A stretch of 64,000 nt of DNA from Octopus sinensis (taxonomy: Eukaryota): contig NW_021832531.1 of the NCBI RefSeq assembly GCF_006345805.1, positions 248,001-312,000 on the forward strand, read 5' to 3'. The notes beneath the pieces are model-generated. The model was given only the letters and a program-made list of their open reading frames with translations, searched no databases and was not told where the DNA came from. Of the stretch, positions 51,434-61,519 are shown one piece after another. The translations under genes were made by a program, and so were the position numbers. Each line of letters starts with the position of its first letter. Positions within the stretch are counted from its first letter, which is position 1.

Positions 51434-52494
51434 CACTAAAACCTCTCGAATCCGCCAAATTTGGGACCTGGGAAATTACGGCGGATTCGAGAGTTTGGCG
51501 GATTCGAGAGACAAATTTGAATATTTTTATTTGTTAATAAAATGCATTTTTTTAATTTTATAGACTAATTAAAAAATGAAGACATTAATTTCTTTAAATA
51601 TAGTCAGTTATTTTAGTTTTAATATTTATTTTGATGTTTCTACTAACATCATCAAGGTGATTGAAGACATTTAAATTAATTTCATCCTTTTGTTTGAAGT
51701 ACTTCCTCAATGCATGGAGAGCATTCAAAGCATCGTGGTCTAAAACGACTTGTTCATTCTTTTTTTCTCCACAATAAATGTCCTCATCATCATTTTTATC
51801 CAAATTGTCCAGGATCTCTTGGATCATTTATTTGTAGTCTTGACACGAATTGCTGATAGGTTTCAAGCGAGGACTTGTCATATATTTCTTCAATAAAATC
51901 TTCGGTCCATTTACCATGTCGAAAACAATTTATTATTGTTGTACTATTTAGCTTTGTCCATGCTTGATAGGTATAAATTAAAGCATCCTTAAGGTTTATT
52001 TCTTTACATGCCTCAGATGACGATTTTCCGAGTTCAATTTTTTCAATAATTTCAAGAAATTTGAATTTATTGAATAGCGTCTTGAATGTCTTAATGACTC
52101 CTTGGTCCATCGGCTGTAATAAACACGTAGCATTTGCCGGCAAAAACATTATTTCAATTTGCTGTAAATTTGTAAAAATCTTGTGAGATGGACATTGGTC
52201 AATTACGAGTAGTATTTTGCGTTTTTCTTTAGCCAACCTGATATCCCATTCGAACAAAAATGTATTGAATAACTTAGAATCCATCCATGCTTTTTTTGAA
52301 ATACTTTTACATAGAAGAGCTTTATAAAATAATCCTGTCTTATCTGCATTATAGACATTTTCGCGACCATATAATTTTATTTTTGCTCTAAAAATGCGGC
52401 GGATTCGAGAAATTGGCGGATTCGGGAATTTCTCATAGGAAATTTCGTATTCTTGAAAAAATTCGAGAGACGGCGGATTCGAGAGGTTTTACTG
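51434..52494 (-). mobile_element. Tigger/pogo element (1061 bp, internally deleted) inserted in the hAT transposase
   Basis: TIRs CACTAAAACCTCTCGAATCCGCC / CAGTAAAACCTCTCGAATCCGCC; TA TSD; DDE_1 ORF 51796-52284 (LVIDQCPSH, LQPMDQGVI). Confidence 0.93.
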
Positions 52495-52789
52495 TATTAA
52501 TTCTATCGACTTTGGGGAAGATCCATATGAGATTGCACAATATTTAAAAAAAAGAACAAATTCAATGCCATGGAATAGCATTCAAGAAGCTAATTTGAGA
52601 GATTTCCCTCCTGAATTATTCGTGTATTTATGGAAATGTCCGGGAACCACATTATCTGTCGAAAGAAGTTTCTCGATGCTAAATAAACTTTTTTTTTTAA
52701 TTGTTAATTAAGTAAATTTATAATGTTAATTCTTTGATTGAGAGGACGCCTCCGAAAAAGGGTTAAAAGATTGCTCAATTTATCTGGCC

Positions 52790-52905
52790 ATAACGTCATA
52801 TTTTCTAATTATAAGGTCATATTTTCTAACCAATAAGGTCATATTTTCTAATTATAAGGTCATATTTTCTAACCAATAAGGTCATATTTTCTAATTATAA
52901 GGTCA
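52790..52905. repeat. Tandem ATAAGGTCATATTTTCTAA(TT/CCA) repeats (hAT subterminal)
   Basis: Four to five alternating 21-22-nt units. Confidence 0.85.
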
Positions 52906-53574
52906 AAAAAGTTATATTTTTAAGGTCATATTTTAATCATTTTAAGGTCATATTGGTGGTTGCCCTACTGATAACCAATAATTTGATATTAAAATATTTA
53001 GACTCCAATAAATTAAAAATTTTATAGTGCAAAAGTGGTCACCATTCTAAAAAAGTTCCGCATCTTTTTGCATTCCGCGGTTGTGGCGATAGATCCAGGG
53101 GCGGATGCGGACATCATTTCAAAAAGAGATACTTTCCTGACATAAATTCATCGATTAATCATTTAATAAAATAACTTAAAACAAAAAGTTGGAAATGCAC
53201 ATTCCAACAATTCCGTAAAGTTTCTGGAAATTTTAAAATCCTCAGACTTTTTGAAAAATTGAATTACAGAAAACACAATTCTTTACATATTCTGTATGAG
53301 AAATGTTTTTAATTCTTAATACATTCTAAAAATACAATAAATAAAGATTACCAATACAATATAGTTTAATTCCCATAAGAGGGCCGTCAAGTGATTTAAT
53401 CAATTTTGTCTAGCAAAATGAATAACGTGCAGCATTGCGATTAACGTATTGTCGATTAGGATTTATTTATATGAATTATCGCGAATTTCTTTAATGGTTC
53501 AACCTCCACCGGTGTTTTTAATTGTTTAATTTATTTTATTTAGCACCTGGAAAAACTTTTAAGAGAAAATGCAA

Positions 53575-54830
53575 ATAGAAGACCAGATATGAATTGGGAC
53601 AGCAACTCCCCCCCTGTAATAAATTTTTTTAAATTTTTTTAAGGTCTCGCCTGCGAGGAGAATGAACAACGATTTCTATGGCAGAGCCAACAGGAGACGG
53701 GAGATGAACTGGAACAGCGACTCTCCTCCTGTAATAAATTTTTTTCAACTTTTTTAAGGTTTCACCTGAGAGAGAGAATGAACAACGATTAGCTTTAAGC
53801 ATCATTTAAAAATGATTTGAATAACTTTTTGATTCTTTTTGTTTAGGCTAACAAGTCAAATGTGATGGAACAGGATGTAATAGGTGTTTTTCGCGAAGCA
53901 AATGTTCACTGCCAATTATAGATTTAATGGAGAATGATCTTGCATTAATAATAAATAATCTTAATCTTTTTTTGTTGATAGAAAAAAAATCAATTATTAA
54001 TTAGCGTTATGTACCAGCGGCAAGGACGCAGTGTGCGTCGCTCCCAAAATTTCAATCTTGATATTTAATTTTAAATAGACTAGATCCGCAATTAATAAAA
54101 TAACGTAAGATAAAAAGTTAGAAATGCACATTCAAGATTCAGGCGTTCTTCACATCAAGTTTTACTACGATGTAATTTGAATGAGATAGGTGGCAAAAAT
54201 CGATAAAGTCTTTACGACGTGGATAAAAGTTTCACAGCCATCCTTGACTCCAAACCCCAGCTGAATGTTTTGAAAAATTTGTGGAAAAAATAGATCTTGC
54301 ACTCGTAATTTTTGAGATCAGCCTTTTAAATACGTTATCAATAAAGATTTGTCTAATTCCGCCGTCTTTTTTATACAGTGCAGTCATGTTCCTAGAGAAA
54401 AACTAAGAACGGGAAAAATTAGATAAATCTCCTTATAGAAAGAGATTTATTACAGAGATCATTGCTAAGATTCTTTCTCACAGAAGTACATTCTAATGTG
54501 GCTGAGGCGTAGTCTATCGATGCCACCAAAACTACTTGGAAATACGACTTTAAACTCCGGAATAATTCGTCCTTTGTGACTTTTTGTTTAGGCTAACAAG
54601 TCAAATGTGATGGAACAGGATGTAATAGGTGTTTTTCGCGAAGCAAATTGAGAATATTTTTAATTCACTTCAGCAATTCGGTCGTCAGAACTCAAAATCC
54701 TCAATGCGACAAAGAAATCTCCGACTATTAACTTAGTGCGGACTCTTTTCCTGATGGTGCCTTCGGAGGTTAGAAAAATGTCGGGAGGTAACAAATGTTC
54801 ACTGCCAACCATAGATTCAATGGAGAATCG
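53575..54830. repeat. Local direct repeats of unknown origin
   Basis: Two ~120-bp units at 53575-53790; 53837-53940 is repeated at 54582-54830 with ~145 extra nt. Confidence 0.75.
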
Positions 54831-55230
54831 CTATAAGTGACAATGGAATTTTTAATTTTGGTGGCCAATAAATCAGGCAAGAGTTTGCTAATGATCAAAC
54901 TTAAGCTGAAAAGGGTAAAGCAAAACATTTTCGCCCAGTCGTTGTTGCAATTGGTTTGTATTGCTTTGAAAAGCTATCGGAGGCTAGAGTCTAAATTGCG
55001 TCAGAATTCTAATTGCGACATGTCACAGTCGGTGGTACAGCCGGACCTCGTTATGAGCCAGACCTCGGGTATGATCCATACTCGATTATGATACAAACTC
55101 TATTTTTGAGCCACGTTTTTTGAAACTGCTTTTTTCCTAAGGGGTTTGTAAAAATCAATTAAAAATAGACCTCGTTATGAGCCATCTAAAAATTGCTATA
55201 AACTAAATATTTTGTAATATAATTATTTTT

Positions 55231-55392
55231 TAGGGAGAATTAGAAACGACCCCCGTGAGGTCAATCGGCTTTTTGAGCGCGTCTCAATAGCCGTACTCAG
55301 GGGGAACAGTTTCTCTATTCTCTCTGCGGCTAGTAGCTGACTTCTTGTTCCATTTTCTTTTCATTTGTAATAAACTATTAAGATTAAAAAAA
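55231..55392 (+). mobile_element. Very short CRE-like retrocopy with A-tail and ~10-bp TSD
   Basis: NDPREVNRLFERVSIAVLRGNS; AATTATTTTT at 55221-55230 and 55393-55402. Confidence 0.75.
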
Positions 55393-55882
55393 AATTATTT
55401 TTATTTTATATATTTTATCGTTTATTTTAAAGAATTTTTTCCTTGTCACGTTGTTATCTTTGTTTAAGTATTTTCCACTGTTCTATGTTTTTCTAGATGC
55501 CTAAAATGAAAATTGATCAAAAAAAACTCGAAATAGCCCAATATATGAAACGGAACCAGCTTTCAGAGCGCAGAATTGCGGAAATTTTCAAAGTTAGCAG
55601 GGCTACAATTTCACGTATAAAAAAGATTTCCTTTTCTTGATAATGGAACTATTTATTCTGATTTATCCGAGCAAACTAGTGATTCTGAAAAGCTTAAAAA
55701 TCTCGATCTTAAAGTTTTCGAATTTTTCACAAATTGCGACTTGAAAAAGTTCCCTTATCTGGACCGACCATTAAGAAAATTGGGTCGATGGTCGCTTTAA
55801 AATTATCATTTAATAATTTCAAATCGTCTAATGGTTGGCTTCAAAGATTAAGAAACGATATAATTTACAATACAAACATTGT

Positions 55883-56344
55883 GTCTATCGACTTTCCGAA
55901 AAAGACGGAAAAAGACCCGACGGTCTATCGACTTTCCCGTTTGAGTTCGGCAAGTCTCTGTTATGGATGCGACGTGTTCAGACACTTTCTCGGAGCTTAA
56001 TCTTCCTTCTTCAGCTGTCGAGGCTGGCTCAGTCTCTCGCAAAACCGAGAAGATGAAGATTGGAAAGTACAAGGAGCTCTCTGAACGATATCTGTTCACT
56101 CCTATCTTTGTAGAGACGTCCGGCGTCATCGGCGAAAAGTATCTTTCCTTTTTGAAAAAGCTTGGCCGCATGATTTCCCATAAACGGGGAGACCCACGCG
56201 AGTCCAAGTGGCTTCTCGAAAGGATTTCCTTGGCTATAGTACATGGAAACTGTGTTTTCATTTACGAGGCCGGGAATTTAGTTAGTTAATATCTATTTTA
56301 TTCTCGTTGTTTAACTATATTTGTCAATTTGTAAAAAAAAATTT
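55883..56344 (+). mobile_element. 5'-truncated CRE-like retrocopy with 9-bp TSD
   Basis: DGKRPDGLSTFPF, DATCSDTF, KIGKYKEL, DPRESKWLLERISLAIVHGN; TSD AAACATTGT at 55874-55882 and 56345-56353. Confidence 0.88.
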
Positions 56345-57509
56345 AAACATTGTCTGGTGAAAAGGGTTCCGCAGATACATCTATGCTCCCTCATTTTTTC
56401 CAAGAATTAGATACAAAAGTTGTTTATTATGGTAAAGAAAATGTATTTAATTGCGACGAAACTGCACTTTATTTCAAAAATACACCAACTAAGTCATTTG
56501 TACAATGTGATGAAAATTCGTTTGGTTTTAAGCAGCACAAGGAAAGGGTTAGCCTGCTTCTATGCTGCAGTTATCTTGGAGAGAAACTGGAGCCTTTAAT
56601 TATCGGCAAATATCGAAACCCTCGGTGCTTAAAACAATTCAATCCTGATGTTTTTAACGTCATGTACTCTTCTTCTAAAAATTCGTGGATGACAACTGAA
56701 ATTTTTAAAAGCTGGGTTTTTTTAATTAAATACCAGAATGCTTTCTGAAAACCGAAAAATATTAATGTTGTTGGATAATGCTAGTTCTCATAGACTATCC
56801 GATTATTCAAACATTGATTTTTATATTTACCTAAAAACACTACATCGTTAGTTCAGCCATTGGATATGGGCATAATTAAAGCACTGAAGACAAATTACAG
56901 TAATTTACTATCGAATTTGTATGCATTTGTGAAAATAGAAGCAATTTTTTGGAAACAATCAAGAGTCTCAATTTACAGAATGTGATGCAACTAATTTCTG
57001 AAGCCTGGGCCAATGTAACTTCAAATCAAATTCAAAATTGTTGGAAAAAATTTTTGAGTGTAGATGGGAGGAAACAATAAATATCAATTCGAAGATTCAT
57101 ACTGACGTGACAAAATGGTGAACGAAGTCTTTGTCGAAGAATTGCTTGAAAGCGAAATAAATTTTTATAATGGGCCTGAATCAACAGACATCATAGATCC
57201 ACTGACTCTTATTAATAATATGGAGGAAAATATATGCAAACTTTCTCCAGAATTATTAAATGATTTCTACGCCCTAAGGAAAAAAATAATGATTAATTTA
57301 CGGGATAAAAATCGTTTTGGAGAAAAGATTACGCATTATTTCAAAAAAGTATAAACTATGAACTGTTTCTATCTGTTTCTTGTGAACTATTTTTTACTTA
57401 AAGTACTGTTAATTAGGATTGTTAGCGAACCTCGGTTTATGATACAACCTCGGTTTATGAGCCACCAAGTGGCTCAAACCGAGGTCCGACTGTATTTGGA
57501 AAAATATAT

Positions 57510-58010
57510 CTCACGAGACGCTGGGCCAACCTCGCGAATAACAAAACCATTCCCACGGATCACGGCGATTGACAGAAGTTCCAAAAGTCAGGATGACTCT
57601 CTGGAATCGTGTCTTATTTTTGATATCCGTCGACCGAGAAAGCGAAGGAAGCGGAACATCTTGGGGTCAAAGATTCCCGAACACTTCAAAGCAATTGGGG
57701 GTAAAAAGAAGCGAATTCGAGAGGTGGCCCTACTTGAAAATCTTACGATCTTTGCGTTGAGTTTATTGTGGCGAGGGGCACGAGGGGCACTCCGAAGGCA
57801 AGCGGGAGGGTCCAAACCGTACTCGTCAACAGCTTCCCCACGGCGGCATTTGTGCGTTTGATAGATCTTCAGTTCAACACGGAGGGATATTGCGATTTTT
57901 AAGAAATCGTTTTTCGCCAGATTCCTGATGGAAGGGAGAGCCTTTAACCAAGCACAGCTGCTTTGGCAGCAACCTGCACGTAAACATGGGAGTCGGTGTT
58001 GGGTGGAGAC
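57510..58010 (-). mobile_element. CRE-like remnant, internally deleted
   Basis: SCAWLKALP..IAISLR..HKCRRG..RHNKLN joined to PIALKCSG..HDSRES..LSIAVIRGN. Confidence 0.75.
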
Positions 58011-58199
58011 AGAGAGGAAGGCTTCAAAAGTCGCTGTTAGAACTATAGATATATATCAAAAGCAAAGTATAGGTCTTCAGGTTTAATGTGGATCTTATCA
58101 AAACCAAATTTGGTCTTAGCAAATGGAACAATAAAATTATTTAATAAACCATGTCATCATTATTTAGCACCGATAGGGCTAACCTCTGAATTCTAGCAA

Positions 58200-59100
58200 T
58201 TACGATGTTGTAAAAAGATAAGGCTCTAATGGATGGCTAGACCGCTTTAAAAAATGTCATGAACTATCTTTTAGAGCAATTTCTGGTGAAAAGAATTCCT
58301 CCGACAAAAATTCAATTAAAAAATTTTACGAAGAGTATGATTACTTTATGAATAAGTTAAACATAGAAGACATTTTTAATTGTGAAGAAGCCTGCCTTTT
58401 TTTGACAAAATTTTGACAAAATTGGTCGTTTTTGCACCCTTGTTGTCTCTCAATCCTGCGAGGCAGTTTTGTCTGATGTTCGATTAATTAGAAATTTTGT
58501 CTCATTTCATATGTAAACAATTATAATTATTTTAGTACGTACATTTTGACAAATATTTTTATAACGGACAAACATAAGGACTTTTTCTAATCGGCAAAAT
58601 CAAGATGAGAGTTAATAACGACAATTTTATTAATCAGGTCGCGTTAATGGAATCTCAATCGTACAATTTGCAATGATTTTTTCTGCATTTCTGTAAAAAT
58701 TCTGTATTTTCTCCGAGTTAGATCTGTCATAGAATATTTTAGTAATATTTTCAACAATTGGTTTAAAAATTAATGATAAAATGTCTTCACAAATCGAAAA
58801 TTTTAATTTTTCTTGATAATGCTACGTTTTATAGATGTCTAAATTATTAAAATCTTACTTTCCTCAAACTTTCAAAGAAAACAATTGCCATTTTTCAACC
58901 CCTTGATATGGGAATGATCAGTTCTTTTAAATTATCTTATTCAAACAATTTGTATTGGCGATATTTATAAGAATTATTATGAGATATTATTGAAGATAAA
59001 TATGCGACAAGTTATCATATTTTTAAGAGACATGGAATTGAGTAAAAAAAACAAAATAACTCATTGTTGGAATAAAATAAATGAATTAAGAATTAATGAT
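58200..59100 (+). mobile_element. Tigger/pogo remnant
   Basis: SNGWLDRFKK, IFNCEE, LDNAT and QPLDMGMISSF fragments. Confidence 0.65.
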
Positions 59101-59221
59101 TTCTAAATTAATCAAAACATTGCAAATAAAATTTGATGGAACTGAAAATGACTCAACTATATGATGGGTGTGATACTAAAATTGTGAATCATAACATCAA
59201 AGACAAGATGAATATAATGAA

Positions 59222-60320
59222 TGTCACAGTCCAGACGTGAGTCACATCATTCAAAAATCACAACAGACGTGAGTCACGCCGGACGTGAGTCACTTGGTCA
59301 GACTTTGGATATTTTTATATTTTCTATATAATAAAATCATTCAAAAATCACAATTTCTTAATTAATATTATATATTATTGTATTTTATTTTTAAATTTTG
59401 CACGTTATCAAATGTTTCTAATGTTACACTATCGCAAGAGGATTTATTGAAAATAAGAACTTTTAAACAATTTGGATCATTTGATGACGGAATCAGTAGA
59501 AGAGAACGTTTTAGATTACGTAGGATTGCTAACCGAATACTTATTGAGGAAAATATAGCCTACATGTACCAAAGGAATAAAAAAGTCAGATTATTCTGCA
59601 TAGAAGAAAAAGAGTTAAAGCTGAAATATATACAAGTATCAATTTATTTAATTATGATTAGTGTGAGCACAATTATGTACATTTTGGAAGAGATAAAATG
59701 TTTTCTATGCTTAAGGGAAAGATATATGGTGCAACTCGGGAAGAGATTAGCAAAATAATTGAAAAATGTGCTCGATTTATCCAGATTCTCGTTTTAATTG
59801 ACTCTTTTTCAAAATATGGGGTTGTAGAACTTGCGAGAACCAAATGCGCCACAGAAATAGTGCCTATTATTGAAAACATTTTTATGATGATTGTAGCTCC
59901 ATTAATCTTGCAAACAGATAATGGAAAGGTGTTCAAAAACAATATGATGGAGAGGAAATGTGTACAAAGTTTTGATGAAGATTTGATGAAGAGGAAATAT
60001 CAGTTGGAGATTACGCACTTTTACGGATGGATCAAGATATAAATGAAAAAACAAGAAAATATTCTCTGTATGACCACATAGATACATCTGCATACAGAGT
60101 GATAAAACAGGACGGAGACACATTAGACTTAGAAAATGAAGAGGGAGATATTATTGAGAAAGTACATTTTAGTCGGCTAAGGAAATTAAAAAAATAATTT
60201 TTAATATTTTAAATCTGTTTCTAAATAAAAAAAATTTAAGTCCTTTTCTGGTTCATACCTGATATCTTTCAAAGAATAACAGGAACGGTCCAAGTGGACT
60301 CGAATGGTTTTTTTGACACA
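59222..60320 (+). mobile_element. Ginger/GIN-like integrase transposon, internally deleted
   Basis: TGTCA start; HNYVHFGRDK..GATREEI..KC fused to LIDSFSKY..LILQTDNGKVF; 26-nt intron-like GT..AG near 59635-59660; partial inverted similarity at ~60285-60320. Confidence 0.6.
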
Positions 60321-60821
60321 TTTAAGCTGAAATTAGAATTTAAAAGAATTCTCAAATTCTCAAGGGTAATTCTCAGGTTAAGTTCAATTTGTTCAACACA
60401 ATAATTTTTATGCGGATCAAGAATTTTTTTGCTTTTGACCCCTTTCGCTGATCAGGTTTATCCCTCTTTTTCAACCAATAATAAGTAGTAGTTTTCGGAA
60501 CATTGAGAGATTTTTCAAGTTCCATCAAGTCACCATCTTCTTCATAGGCTTTGAATTGCAGCTTCAGATTTTTTTATTTGTGAAAAAAACGAATGAAAAA
60601 ATGAAATATGTGCGCAAATTTTTGAATGTTGCTTAGTCACTTTTGCAACTAATCTCGCGGTCTTAGAATGTTGCTTAGTCACTTTGTTTAAAAAAACAAA
60701 AATTATTTTTTTACCGATTTGCTTTTGATAAGTTCCACTTTGCTTTTGATAAGACCCCCTTTGCTTTTGGTAAGACCCACTTTAAACCTGAAATGGTATA
60801 GATATCCATCATCCGCGAATT

Positions 60822-61136
60822 TTAAACTCCGATCAGATGTTCTGAATAGTATGTGCCCTTAAGCCAGGACCCCCATTTTGTCAAATGGACACGAGGTAGG
60901 ATGGGGATGTTTCTGTCTTTGAATATTCGTCTTCTTCTATTGTTCTTGTTAAGTGCAGCTTGTATAGTAGCTATCACTAAATCAATTTCAGGATAAGAGT
61001 CTCTTATTTTCTCAAAACAATTGTGTAATAGATGGACGGATAACTCATTACTATGAGTAACCAAAAATTGATTCCGGATCCAATCATATTTTTCAATGTC
61101 TATGTCTGGGAAATAATTATTGACTTTTTGTTCCAT
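60822..61136 (-). mobile_element. Chimeric hAT fragment (Charlie C-terminal piece fused to a CGGBP1-type piece)
   Basis: NYFPDIDIEKYDWIRNQF followed by HLLHNCFEKIR..TKWGSWL..YYSEHL. Confidence 0.55.
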
Positions 61137-61519
61137 TGATGCTAAATGCTCATTTATAAGACTTTATTGTTATTGTTGCGTAACCCCGATCTCACATTAG
61201 ATTACGAGACCAGCTATAGTAAATTTTCAATGCATATGAATTGTTTTCCAATATAGTCAATTTTCGATTAATTTTCAGTGAATATAATTTGTCATAAATA
61301 CTAATTTTAAATAAAAAAGTTTTAATCTTTATATAATACTCCCATTTTGTTATCTAATCAATTCATCGTCGACATAATATTCAATTTAAAACATTAAAAC
61401 ACAAAAAAACAATATTTGGGCGATTAACAAAAACACAAAACATAAACTAGTTACTTTGCACATACACAAATCAAATTAAGAACAAGATAATATTAAGAGA
61501 AAAAAAAACATCAATCTAA

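Larger units (their letters stand above)
46560..52967 (+). mobile_element. CGGBP1/DUF659-type hAT element, split by Helitron and Tigger insertions
   Basis: ATG 46655 MPKPKK continues after the Helitron into LYCSKC..QHRQTLKH, IDET, TDAAPYM, CFAHLLHN and TRWGSW. After the Tigger it resumes in frame to SVERSFS. AAGGTCATATTT subterminal repeats occur at both ends. Confidence 0.85.
55038..57492 (+). mobile_element. Tigger/pogo element with two CRE-like insertions
   Basis: TIRs CAGCCGGACCTCGTTATGAGCC / CAGTCGGACCTCGGTTTGAGCC; TA TSD; MPKMK..HTH, SSNGWL, FNCDETALYF, QPLDMGII. Confidence 0.92.

Noticed and set aside
57358-57861. 167-aa plus-strand ORF
   Set aside because: Spans a Tigger TIR and the antisense of a CRE remnant; spurious.
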